Assembly: GCA_021737565.1 (NCBI GenBank)
Contig: JAIPDS010000004.1
Location: 1,205-65,204 of the forward strand
DNA: 64,000 bases
Origin: Desulfobacteraceae bacterium
GTDB lineage: Bacteria; Desulfobacterota; Desulfobacteria; Desulfobacterales; Desulfosalsimonadaceae
Direction: 5' to 3'
Every line of letters begins with the position of its first letter. Within the stretch, counting starts at the first letter, position 1. The notes below the pieces were generated by a model, which ran no database searches, was not told the origin of the DNA, and saw nothing but the letters and a program-made list of their open reading frames with translations. This document shows, piece after piece, positions 9,615 through 18,892 of this stretch. The position numbers and the translations under genes are program-made.

Positions 9615-10069
9615 TCACTATGTCCGCTGCTGTCGGGATCAATCCGCTGAAAATCAAATGCACGACTAAAACTGACTGCTATGCCCGCCTGGCGGGACGA
9701 ATCCGGGAAACCTGGTTCTTGATGATGGATGCGCACCACATTAGCTTCGTTGTTGATGCGGGCCTGTACGTCTTTTGAGGCATCGAGCAAAATGGAAAGT
9801 TGCAGAAACTGGCCGGGATAATAACGGGCGGGATATTTTGTTAAAAACATGGCGCCGCTGCCGGAAACATCCTGCAGACGGCTTTTTTCCTCAAACGGCG
9901 CCGAGTCCGCGTCGTTTCCGGATATGATGACCGGGAAACCAACCGAATACCTGTCAAACCCCCTCTGCTCAGAACCCGCGGGCTCCTGCTTTCTCCGGAG
10001 CCGGGAACCCGCGTCTGAAGAACTTGTTTTGAAAAATTCTGACAAACGCTTTTTAGCAGATTCAAACAA
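9611..10069 (-). CDS. PilZ-domain protein
   Basis: RGFDR (RxxxR) and DVSGSG (DxSxxG); start uncertain (TTG at 10069; ORF track 10126). Confidence 0.82.
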   Translation of the reverse strand: MFESAKKRLSEFFKTSSSDAGSRLRRKQEPAGSEQRGFDRYSVGFPVIISGNDADSAPFEEKSRLQDVSGSGAMFLTKYPARYYPGQFLQLSILLDASKDVQARINNEANVVRIHHQEPGFPDSSRQAGIAVSFSRAFDFQRIDPDSSGHSE

Positions 10070-10097
10070 CAGGGCAATATCCTGTGAGGTCTTTTTG

Positions 10098-12479
10098 TCA
10101 CGTAAGGCAGACCCTGCGCACTTCACTTAAGTCGGTGTAGCCCTGAAACATTTTCATTATTCCGTCCTGGACCAGGGTGGTCATACCCTCGCTGCTTGCC
10201 TTTATAAAAAGCTCCTCGGCACTGGCCTGCTTTTTGATCAGACGCTTGATTTCCTTTGTGCCGTCCATTAACTCGTGAATCCCCATGCGCCCCTTATACC
10301 CGGTGCCGCTGCACTCATCACATCCCCCGGGCTTATAAAGCTTAAGATCCGTGGAAAATGTTATCCCTGTCTCCTCAAAGGCCTCGGGACCGTAGATCTC
10401 CATTATCTCTTCGAATTCCTCCTTTGAAGGAGTGTATTCCTGCCTGCAGTTTTTACAAAGCCGCCTCAAAAGCCGCTGGGCCAGCACGCAGATTAAGGCG
10501 TCGGAAAAGTTCAGGGGATTTAACCCCATATCCAAAAGCCGGGTTACGGTCTCGGGTGCCGAGTTGGTATGCAGAGTGGAAAAAACCAGATGGCCTGTAA
10601 GAGATGCTTCGATTCCTATCGAGGCTGTCTCGTAATCCCGCATCTCTCCCACCATTATGACATCCGGGTCGGCTCGCAGAAAAGAACGCATTATACGGGC
10701 AAAATCCAGGCCTATCTTTCTTTTTACCTCGACCTGGCGCAGCCCTTCCTGGGTTATTTCCACGGGATCCTCGGCCGTCCATATCTTGCGCTCCGGGGTA
10801 TTTATATGATGCAGGGCGGAATGCAGGGTTGTTGTTTTACCGGATCCCGTCGGCCCCACGCACAGGATAAGCCCGTAGGGTTTGGATATGCCCCTTCTCA
10901 TCACTTTGAGATTCCGCTCGGTCATTCCCATTTCATCTATTTTCATGGCACCCGCCGTGGCAAGAATCCGCATGACCGCATCTTCATAACTTCCGGCAGT
11001 GGGCAGGGTTGCAACACGGAGTTCAAACTGGGGCAGGCCCCGGCGCTTGAACTTGATCTTGCCGTCCTGGGGCATCCGTCTTTCGGCGATATCCAGGCCG
11101 GCCATGATTTTTATCCTGGAAATAATAGCGTTGGCAAAGGTATTCGGGATTTCCAGAAAATCCTGGCATACTCCGTCAATCCGGTAGCGGATTTTTGTCT
11201 TCTTGGTAATTGCGGAAGGCTCCACGTGAATGTCTGAAGAATTTCTTCTAAAAGCGGTTATAATAGCCTGGTCCACCAGCCTGACCACCTTGCCGGAAGC
11301 CTCGGTGTAGGCATCGAAATCTTCTTCCTCATCTTCCTCCTCCTCGAATTCGATCTCGGGCAGGTCCTCGAACTCCATGGAAGTCGTACTGGTATCGCCC
11401 TGTTCTTTTACGGCCTTTTTTTCGGCAAAGAAATGGTTGATTGTGGCTTCTATATCTTCCTTTATCCCTACGGAAAACGTAAACTTGTTTGTGTTAAAAA
11501 GGGCTTTTGCATGATCGAGCTTTCGAAGATCCTTAGGATCGTCGAGCAGTATTTCAATATGATCTATCTCCCAGTGGAGGGGAACCCACAGGTCCTGAAG
11601 CAAAAACGGCTTCTTCAGGTTGGTCAGAAGCTCGTAGGGGACTTCCATTTTCGGGTCATGCGTCTTAAACGGACAATTGTAGTATGCTGAAAGCGACTTT
11701 CCTATCTGGTCCTTGGGAACCTTGAACTGCTCCATCAATACGTATTCAACGCTTTTTTGGGTCTTTTTTGACTGGGAAAGCGCCCTGCGGAGCTGGTCCG
11801 TGGTAACTATATTATTGCGGAGCAGATAATCATAACGGGACTCAAACCGCTGCCCGGGCTCTACCGCCTCTATCTTTTCCTTGATTTTGGGATAGACCGG
11901 ATCAATATTTTGTACCGACTTATAGCATTCAACCGCAAGCTCCTTGTAGTCCCGCTGCTCTAAGGCCTGACCAAGCGCATATTTCATTTCAGCCTTTTTT
12001 TTATCACCAGCCTCCTTCTCGGAGGCTATTTTGTCAATCTCCTCAACCACCCGGGACGGAGCATAGACCGCGAAAAAGCACTCAAGCATCTCGGAATAAA
12101 AATTTTCAAGGGCAAAATCCGTATCAAAAAGCCTCTTGTATTCCTCCAAGGCCTCCTTGTAAAGGCCCAGCTCCTTAAACGCCATGGCGCTGTCCCGGAT
12201 CTCGGGCGCACTCCCCCCTATTGAAAGCCCCGACTTTATATGGGAGACATCCTCGCTGGAAAGCTCCGCGGCTGCGGGCTGTTCAACCTCCTCAAGCTCC
12301 TTGCTCAATGCATCAATCTTTTGCTGAATCTCTGCACGCGTTTTTTTGTCAAGATCTGAAAACCCCTCCAGGATTTCTCTGTAAATAGTTGCCGCCTCTT
12401 CAAAAAGCCCGTGAGACTCATAGGCTTCGGCGGATTTCATTCTTGCATCAAAACCGGATTTTTCCTTCACACTTTCCAT
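10098..12479 (-). CDS. PilB/GspE-family secretion ATPase with N-terminal TPR-like region
   Basis: SDIHVEP, ERRMPQDG, Walker A GPTGSGKTT, LRADPDVIMVGEMRD, STLHTN, CxxC...CxxC Zn motif. Confidence 0.92.
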   Translation of the reverse strand: MESVKEKSGFDARMKSAEAYESHGLFEEAATIYREILEGFSDLDKKTRAEIQQKIDALSKELEEVEQPAAAELSSEDVSHIKSGLSIGGSAPEIRDSAMAFKELGLYKEALEEYKRLFDTDFALENFYSEMLECFFAVYAPSRVVEEIDKIASEKEAGDKKKAEMKYALGQALEQRDYKELAVECYKSVQNIDPVYPKIKEKIEAVEPGQRFESRYDYLLRNNIVTTDQLRRALSQSKKTQKSVEYVLMEQFKVPKDQIGKSLSAYYNCPFKTHDPKMEVPYELLTNLKKPFLLQDLWVPLHWEIDHIEILLDDPKDLRKLDHAKALFNTNKFTFSVGIKEDIEATINHFFAEKKAVKEQGDTSTTSMEFEDLPEIEFEEEEDEEEDFDAYTEASGKVVRLVDQAIITAFRRNSSDIHVEPSAITKKTKIRYRIDGVCQDFLEIPNTFANAIISRIKIMAGLDIAERRMPQDGKIKFKRRGLPQFELRVATLPTAGSYEDAVMRILATAGAMKIDEMGMTERNLKVMRRGISKPYGLILCVGPTGSGKTTTLHSALHHINTPERKIWTAEDPVEITQEGLRQVEVKRKIGLDFARIMRSFLRADPDVIMVGEMRDYETASIGIEASLTGHLVFSTLHTNSAPETVTRLLDMGLNPLNFSDALICVLAQRLLRRLCKNCRQEYTPSKEEFEEIMEIYGPEAFEETGITFSTDLKLYKPGGCDECSGTGYKGRMGIHELMDGTKEIKRLIKKQASAEELFIKASSEGMTTLVQDGIMKMFQGYTDLSEVRRVCLT

Positions 12480-12503
12480 TTTTTAAGCGATCCCTGATTG
12501 GCA

Positions 12504-12869
12504 TCAAAAAATTTTTTTCTTTAAGATCTGACCGATCCTGCCGCCAGGCTTAAGCCTGTCGAGCGAGGACTGCAGGATTTCGCAGTTTAAGCGCACCATG
12601 GATATTGGCGCGATATCATCCAAAACGGTTATAAAAAAACCCGGTTGAACTTTTCTGATATACAGCCGCCGCCTTTCAAACACGAATTCCGCCTCCAGGG
12701 TGTCGACAAGTTCAGAAATCAGCAGGCTCCAGTCCATCCTGCCCAGCCTTGACTCCTCGTCTTTATACCTGTCGGAAAACCGGCTAAGCAGCAGTCCGCC
12801 TTGAATATCTATTACAGCAACTCCGTGAACCCCTTCAATCGAAAGGATATCCTTGAATATGTCTTTCAT
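12504..12869 (-). CDS. Roadblock/LC7-like protein (MglB/MglC-like)
   Basis: 121 aa; 'ILSIEGVHGVAVID..GGLL' start and 'ISMVRL' helix typical of the roadblock fold. Confidence 0.65.
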   Translation of the reverse strand: MKDIFKDILSIEGVHGVAVIDIQGGLLLSRFSDRYKDEESRLGRMDWSLLISELVDTLEAEFVFERRRLYIRKVQPGFFITVLDDIAPISMVRLNCEILQSSLDRLKPGGRIGQILKKKIF

Positions 12870-12937
12870 CGTGCTCCCCGTATGGATAAAGCCTGCGCAC
12901 CCGAATCCGCAATTTACGTAATTGCTTTGTTTCCCTG

Positions 12938-14080
12938 TTATATAACAGCATCTATAATGCGATCCCTGGAGGTATCAGGAGACATTAAAATCACAGAGGC
13001 CGGTTCGCCCGGAACGATAACGCAATGCCCTTTTCTGCCCTTGTTTACATACACAGCAAGCAGGCCGCCTGCCTCAAAATTTTTCCCGATACGCGAGGCC
13101 CGCTCTATTAAGTAATGCCACTCAGGATCTTCGTAAATATCTTCCACACCTTCTTCATCGCCCAGGGCCGAGTTTAATTTCTCACTTACCACCGCGGCCG
13201 GAGAGCTGTCTTTCGGCCGATTCACAGCGCTTTGCGAGATGCCGGGCGGCTCGGGGCGCGGACCGGCTGGCGATTTCGCGGAATCAGAACCCGTTGCCTC
13301 GACTCCCGGATTGGAGCTTTGTCCTTCTTTTACAGGCGAGTCAAGCATGATTTCATCGGTTTCTGATTCCTCCTCTGAATTAAAATCCTCTTCACTTTCG
13401 TCCTTGGTGCGCATGGCATCAAGCAAAATCGCCTGCAGTCCTCCTTCAAGCTGCTTTTCTTTTATCGGGCACCGGTTTTCAATTGATACCGAAACACCCG
13501 ACCAGGACAAAATTTCGTAAGCGGCTTCAAGCCCAAGCCGGCCGCCGAGTCTTGCGCCCATCAACTCTCCGTCCCGGAAAAAAAGCACCCCGGTCCGTGA
13601 GGGATCCTTGTCTACTATACGCAAAGTGCAGTTTTGCTGCTCCATTTCAATAAGCTGGAGAAAGGTTTCCAGGGAAACATTATGCAGACTTCCGCCTTCG
13701 CTTTTTTTCTTAAGAACACCTGTTATCTTTTCAGCCAGTTCTCCTGCGGTAAACGGCTTTGTCATGTAATCATCGGCCCCGCTTTTAAACACCACCTCGC
13801 GGGTCTTTGGCCGGTCATAGGCTGTAATGATGATTACAGGGATATCCGGATACTTATGCAGTACCTGGTTTAAAAGTTCAAACCCGTCAATATTGGGCAT
13901 GCGCAGGTCGCTGACAACCAGGCTCACCTGGTCAGAGGCCATCACCTCCAGGGCCTGGCTTCCGTCATAAGCGGATATCACGGAAAAAGCGCCGGAATAC
14001 TTTTCCAGCTCTTTTTGCATCGTCTTAAGCCATGCCGCATCATCATCCACAAGCAGCACTTTCGGTTTCATTAAACTCAC
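12938..14080 (-). CDS. Response regulator: REC + DUF4388/PATAN-like domain + acidic linker
   Basis: VDDD, SDLRMP, TAY, KP; 'GSLHNVSLETFLQLIEMEQQNCTL...GVLFFRDGELMGA...GLEAAYEILSW'. Confidence 0.88.
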   Translation of the reverse strand: MSLMKPKVLLVDDDAAWLKTMQKELEKYSGAFSVISAYDGSQALEVMASDQVSLVVSDLRMPNIDGFELLNQVLHKYPDIPVIIITAYDRPKTREVVFKSGADDYMTKPFTAGELAEKITGVLKKKSEGGSLHNVSLETFLQLIEMEQQNCTLRIVDKDPSRTGVLFFRDGELMGARLGGRLGLEAAYEILSWSGVSVSIENRCPIKEKQLEGGLQAILLDAMRTKDESEEDFNSEEESETDEIMLDSPVKEGQSSNPGVEATGSDSAKSPAGPRPEPPGISQSAVNRPKDSSPAAVVSEKLNSALGDEEGVEDIYEDPEWHYLIERASRIGKNFEAGGLLAVYVNKGRKGHCVIVPGEPASVILMSPDTSRDRIIDAVI

Positions 14081-14111
14081 CCTGCCTCTGTCACATATAA
14101 TGGAATAAAGC

Positions 14112-15146
14112 CTACAGCTTTACGTCAAATTCGTCAATTTCATCTGCAAACCGCCTGCGCCAGTCATCAAGCGTGCTGCGAAGCTGGCTGAGCAAGCTGT
14201 TTTCATGCGCAATTTCATAGGCGCACTCTTCAATCGCGCCCACAAGCTCCTTCGGCCCGGCCTCGCCCTTATAACTGATCCGGCCGCCTGAGTACCTGAA
14301 TTCTGCGAGGAACGGGTCCAAAAAATCGAATTTATCAGCTTTTTCCACAAATTTCCTGTTCAGCAGCGTTTCAAAATCAGACCGTATTCTTCGATTTTTC
14401 CGCACCAGGGATTCCAGCGCTCCAAGCAGAGCCTGCAGCATCTCCAAAACCCTTTCCCGGCTGATTTGTTTCTCACTCCGGGCCGCCTCCCCGGAGCCCG
14501 GCTCCTTTCCCGCAGTCCCGGACTTATTGTCCCCGCCGGCCGCAACCGACTCTTCGGGTTCCATAAACACCTTGCTTACGTTAAACCTGCCGCCGTGTTC
14601 CTTTGAACGCCTGATCAGGTCATCCCTGTATTGCGTGGAGCGGTCAACGTCGCCCCCGCGATCCTCGGAAGAGCCTCCAATTACCTGTCCCTTGTAAAAA
14701 AACAGCAGTCCGCCTTCGCCATTGCTAAGCTCCACATCAATAAACCCGGTAAGCTTTTCCCCCTCCATCTTCTTTATCAGGCCTTCCAGGTCTGTAAATT
14801 CAGAAGTGAGGTCCTTGTAAAGAGGCCTCGAATTCGGCAGATTTGCCCAGAAATAAAGCCTTTCAGGCGCAATCCGGTATACGGATACTGCAAAATTATT
14901 GCCACGGGCCATTTCTATTATAGTATCAATAGCCTCTTTGTCTTGAAGTTGCTGCCTGCGATCCTCTATATAACCGTTTGCCAGGCTCTGCTCGTCGAAA
15001 AAAAGCACGGCTTCCGCACCCTGGGACCTGAAGTAAACAACGCCCGCACTCAGCTCCCCCTGATAATGTTCTATGAGCTTGTCAATGTCGAGATAATAAC
15101 TGTTTAATTCCTGTACTACTGGTTTTTCTCTGGGAATAATTATCAT
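14112..15146 (-). CDS. Hypothetical protein with two tandem PATAN/DUF4388-like domains
   Basis: Internal repeat LNSYYLDIDKLIE..GVVYF..LFF / LTSEFTDLEGLIK..GFIDV..LLFF. Confidence 0.65.
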   Translation of the reverse strand: MIIIPREKPVVQELNSYYLDIDKLIEHYQGELSAGVVYFRSQGAEAVLFFDEQSLANGYIEDRRQQLQDKEAIDTIIEMARGNNFAVSVYRIAPERLYFWANLPNSRPLYKDLTSEFTDLEGLIKKMEGEKLTGFIDVELSNGEGGLLFFYKGQVIGGSSEDRGGDVDRSTQYRDDLIRRSKEHGGRFNVSKVFMEPEESVAAGGDNKSGTAGKEPGSGEAARSEKQISRERVLEMLQALLGALESLVRKNRRIRSDFETLLNRKFVEKADKFDFLDPFLAEFRYSGGRISYKGEAGPKELVGAIEECAYEIAHENSLLSQLRSTLDDWRRRFADEIDEFDVKL

Positions 15147-15279
15147 TTTCGCCCTGCTGCCTCTTTTCCAACTCTTTTTTAGCGAAGGCTATATTAACAA
15201 CGACTATTATAACATGTAATGCCGCCGTATAAAGATCTTCGGCGGCATTACATGTTTGTCTGTATCTGCCTCCGCAACT

Positions 15280-16527
15280 TTACCTGCGCCTTCGCATACG
15301 TTCAATAGAAAATCTGAGGCTGTCCTGCATACGCGAAATGGCATCTGCAAGACTGCCGATTTCGTCTTTTGAACGGACCTCAACCTCGGCCTCAAGATCG
15401 CCGACGCTTATCCGGTCTGCAGCCTCTGTCAGGTACTGAATGTTGCGGCTCAGCCGGTATCCGTAGATTATGATACACAGGCCGATGATAACGATTGCAC
15501 CGCCCAGTATACCAAGATTTATATTCCGGGTATTAATAGCCATATTTTGGGCGTCTTTCCGAAGACTTACGGTTTTCTGCGTAAACTCGTCCATGTATGC
15601 TGTTGCAAGAACCGAAAGAGGCTCCTCACTGTCTTCACCAAGCTTTATCGGCGCAATGGCCATGTATTTTTCCCGCAACTTTCCGTCCGTGTCTTTCCAC
15701 ATATAGTTACCGGTCGAAATGTTTCTTCCAAAGGCGCCTTTTAAAACATTATAGAATTCCTCAAAATACGGCCCCAAAGCCTTTCGCAGGGTATCGGTAT
15801 CAGGAATTCCGACCAGATTTGGATTGGGATGGGCCCATATAATTGAGTCCCGATCCTCCAGTTCCTCCCCTATAACGCAGGTATAACCCGTCTGCCCGAC
15901 CGCTTGCACCGCGATCTGGCTGAATTCTGGGTCATAACTGAAATCCTCCGGCTTAAGATCGGGATGCGCTCTTAGGTAAATCTCGCACTGAAGCGCCACG
16001 TCCTTTGCTTTTTCCAGCAGCTGCTCGCGTCCCGCATCGGCCACCAGCTCTGTACTTCTCCCCGTAATGTCAGAGGCGAGTGTCTCCAACTGCATCTGCG
16101 AAAAATAACCTGAACCCGCCATCAAAATAACCGGAATGACAAGGAACAGAAAAAACATTTTTCCCCGCAGCCCGATCCATCCTCTTTTGGTCCTGCCGGC
16201 CGAGCTTTCCGGAGGAGGCGGGGCGGACGGCCCGGCTTGCCCTGGTCCCGATTCCTCGGAGGCAGGTTCTCTTCCCTCCGCTGCTGCATAAGAAGGCCCT
16301 CTTTCTTCTTCAGCCCTTGCATACGAGGGCTCCCTGTAGGCGGGAGCCTCATATGAAGGCTCCTGCACTGGCTCAGCCGGGCTTTCGGCCGTCTCAAGCA
16401 GCCTGGTCAGCTGTGTGACATGCCCGCACTCGTTGCACCTCACCCGGACGTTTCTGCCCTTGTATTGTTCCACCTTATCGGGATCCACATGGTAGACTTT
16501 CCCGCATTCCTCGCAAATGACCGTCAT
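15280..16527 (-). CDS. Membrane sensor: Zn-ribbon, TM, periplasmic (Cache-like) domain, TM, HAMP; no output domain
   Basis: CEEC...CNEC; two TM helices; VGQTGYT, WAHP, Y.W Cache-like motifs; HAMP 'ADRISVGDL...DEIGSLA'; ends SIERMRRRR. Confidence 0.8.
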   Translation of the reverse strand: MTVICEECGKVYHVDPDKVEQYKGRNVRVRCNECGHVTQLTRLLETAESPAEPVQEPSYEAPAYREPSYARAEEERGPSYAAAEGREPASEESGPGQAGPSAPPPPESSAGRTKRGWIGLRGKMFFLFLVIPVILMAGSGYFSQMQLETLASDITGRSTELVADAGREQLLEKAKDVALQCEIYLRAHPDLKPEDFSYDPEFSQIAVQAVGQTGYTCVIGEELEDRDSIIWAHPNPNLVGIPDTDTLRKALGPYFEEFYNVLKGAFGRNISTGNYMWKDTDGKLREKYMAIAPIKLGEDSEEPLSVLATAYMDEFTQKTVSLRKDAQNMAINTRNINLGILGGAIVIIGLCIIIYGYRLSRNIQYLTEAADRISVGDLEAEVEVRSKDEIGSLADAISRMQDSLRFSIERMRRRR

Positions 16528-16623
16528 GATTTATCCTCCTTGCTCAATTGTTGGCGGCGTCAAAAACCTTATCCTCCCCCCGGCCTGCTCTAAAAATAAC
16601 ATGCCGGGGCAAGAACCTGCAAA

Positions 16624-17097
16624 TTATGTCTTAATCTCCCGCAGCTTCTTTACCATTGCCTGTTGAAACGCCACTTTTCGCTCTTCGCGCCGTATCTGCC
16701 TGGCCAGCAAATCCACGAGTTCCGCGGCGCGATGGGCGGGAAAACTCTTTTTCTCTTCACCCATCCGGCTTATTTCATCCTCGATCACAACCTCTGCGAT
16801 AGGCCCCATTGCACGGGAAAGCTGCGAGGACAAAAAATCGAAAAACTCCTTTCCAAGCGCGGGCATGCTTTCTTTTGCGGGCTCGCAAAGCTCCAAATCA
16901 TGCAGCTTGCTTACGATTTGGCGCAAATCTTTCATGCTCATGTTCAGTGTTTGGGCCACCTGGCCGAGATTTTTTTTCCCGTCAAGCTCCATGAGCGCCT
17001 GGAGCATCCGGCTGTCAAGGGAAACCTCTCCCAGATCGGCTCGCACGGATCGCCTGAGCACCATCCGGGAAATGTCGCCCGAAAATATATTTGCCAT
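16624..17097 (-). CDS. Conserved hypothetical protein (winged-helix-like N-terminus + helical domain)
   Basis: 'LDGKKNLGQVAQTL' wHTH-like; 'LSRAMGPIAEVVIED' C-domain; GGAGG RBS. Confidence 0.65.
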   Translation of the reverse strand: MANIFSGDISRMVLRRSVRADLGEVSLDSRMLQALMELDGKKNLGQVAQTLNMSMKDLRQIVSKLHDLELCEPAKESMPALGKEFFDFLSSQLSRAMGPIAEVVIEDEISRMGEEKKSFPAHRAAELVDLLARQIRREERKVAFQQAMVKKLREIKT

Positions 17098-17142
17098 GTC
17101 TACGCCTCCGATCGGTTCGTCCTGCGAAATCTAAAATATCTG

Positions 17143-18189
17143 TTACGCACCCAGATTCTTTATAATCTGGCGTATTGTATTAAATTCTTCCCTGATGGTC
17201 TTTTTGAGCTCTGCTACGATATAATCTACTACCTCCTGGTTCTCAAACAGCCCTGCCATTCTGTCTTCTCTTTCTGCGGGTTTTGTCTCTTCGGCCGGAC
17301 CTTGCTCAGTCAGGCGTTCAAGGGACACCTCCTCTTCTGCAGGTTTTGCTGTTTCGGCCGGACCTTGCTCAGTCCCAAGTTCAAGGGGCTCCTCTTCGGT
17401 TTCAAATATCTCATGCCCTGCCTGAACCGGTTCTTCCTGCCATTTTTCCGGGGTCTCCCGCGGCTCTTCCTCGGGGACAATTTCCTCTTCGGGCCGGATC
17501 TCTCCTACGTCAAAAGATTCTTTTTCCCCTGCGGCCGGTTCCTCGTGGAAAATCTCAGGAGTCTCGGCGGGCTTTTCCTCGGCCTTTTGCTCCTGCTCAA
17601 CCGGTTGCTCTTGCTCAACCGGGGCGGCCTTTTGTTTTCCGGCTTTTTTTGCTGTGGCAAGCTTTTCCTTAAAATCCTTGAAATTTTTTATTTGTTCCGA
17701 GAGCAGCCGCTTTTTCCGGGATTCGGGCATGTCCGGCGCCGCTATGACTTTTTCAAAATTTTTGAAAACAGACTGGACAAATTTAAAGGCCTCGGGATTT
17801 GCCCGGGCTTTTTTGGCCTTTATGTATTTTCCCACCGACTCGTGGAGCTTTAGAAACGTGTAGAGAATCTTATCTTGCTGATATTGAGCCTGAAGCCGGC
17901 CAACTTCGTCGAGAAATGCTCTCATCCCGTCGTCTGTTATTTCCCAGTCAATGCCAAAGACAAGTGCCTTAAGGTGCTTAAGCGGCGAATCCGGCCCGTC
18001 TTGCCCAATATCAATTAAGCCGTCCTCGGTACCGGCTTGCACGGCACCACCTTGTTGTCCGGATTTTCCGGGCTTCTGCTCTGAACCGGTGCTCCGGCCA
18101 GCAGGTTCCTCATCGTCTTCTTCGCCGAAGAGTTCCTCCAACCGGCTTGACACCTGGGCGCCAATGTCGTCTTCATCGTTGTTGGTCAA
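17143..18189 (-). CDS. Acidic hypothetical protein with Glu/Pro low-complexity linker and C-terminal helix
   Basis: Co-directional, 12 bp from mglA, TTG start; composition and internal repeats. Confidence 0.7.
   Translation of the reverse strand: MTNNDEDDIGAQVSSRLEELFGEEDDEEPAGRSTGSEQKPGKSGQQGGAVQAGTEDGLIDIGQDGPDSPLKHLKALVFGIDWEITDDGMRAFLDEVGRLQAQYQQDKILYTFLKLHESVGKYIKAKKARANPEAFKFVQSVFKNFEKVIAAPDMPESRKKRLLSEQIKNFKDFKEKLATAKKAGKQKAAPVEQEQPVEQEQKAEEKPAETPEIFHEEPAAGEKESFDVGEIRPEEEIVPEEEPRETPEKWQEEPVQAGHEIFETEEEPLELGTEQGPAETAKPAEEEVSLERLTEQGPAEETKPAEREDRMAGLFENQEVVDYIVAELKKTIREEFNTIRQIIKNLGA
17270..17395 (-). repeat. 63-bp imperfect tandem repeat (21 aa) within the acidic protein
   Basis: tcggccggaccttgctcagtc at 17291 and 17354; TEQGPAE..KPAE twice. 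Confidence 0.8.
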
Positions 18190-18201
18190 GGGGGATCCCT
18201 C

Positions 18202-18807
18202 CTATTCCAGTTTTTTGCGCAGGGAAGTGACCGTAAGCGCAATGACTTTCTTCATTGTGGCGGCCACGTTATCACCGCGTATAGCGCTTGCAGAAAAACA
18301 GGGCGCTTTTAAGCGGCTATTTAAATCCTTTTCAAGCGTTTCCACTGAGAGTATCGGAATACCCTCATCTGACAGGTCACGCTTGTTATACTGCATCACC
18401 AGAGGGATATTGAAAATGTTCTTGTTAAAAGACTCCAGGTTTTCCTTGAGATTCTGCAATGAACGGATATTCATCTCCCGGCGCAGGTCCATAGAATCGG
18501 CCACAAAAACTATTCCATCCACCCCGCGTAAAACAAGCCGCCGGGTAGCGTTGTATTTAACCTGCCCGGGAACCGTGTACAACTGGATCTTTATACTATG
18601 GCCCTTGATTTCACCAATGTCAAACGGCAAAAAATCGAAAAACAAAGTCCGGTCGCCATAAGTCTTGACCGTAACCATCTCGTTTAAAATCCGTTTTTTA
18701 AACTTGCGATTGATGTACTCGAGATTCGTGGTTTTTCCTCCCCGCCCGGGCCCGTAATAAACTATCTTGACCTGGACCTCCCGCTTTTTAGGATTAATTA
18801 ACGCCAA
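18202..18807 (-). CDS. mglA: MglA-family small Ras-like GTPase
   Basis: KIVYYGPGRGGKTTN, DRTLFFDF, YTVPGQV, NKRD. Confidence 0.93.
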   Translation of the reverse strand: MALINPKKREVQVKIVYYGPGRGGKTTNLEYINRKFKKRILNEMVTVKTYGDRTLFFDFLPFDIGEIKGHSIKIQLYTVPGQVKYNATRRLVLRGVDGIVFVADSMDLRREMNIRSLQNLKENLESFNKNIFNIPLVMQYNKRDLSDEGIPILSVETLEKDLNSRLKAPCFSASAIRGDNVAATMKKVIALTVTSLRKKLE

Positions 18808-18892
18808 ATCACTTCCCTCCGGAACAGCAGTTTATTTCAATTAAGCCGTTGCCGCCAGCACCTTAGCATTGTTTCTGCTCAGGGATAATCTC

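Noticed and set aside
17270-17620. Direct repeats as a possible CRISPR array
   Set aside because: Only two copies each, in-frame within a coding linker, with no unique spacers and no cas genes
16663-17853. 396-aa plus-strand ORF
   Set aside because: Antisense shadow of two minus-strand genes; its Leu/Phe-rich composition mirrors the Glu/Lys codons opposite and it has no recognisable motifs
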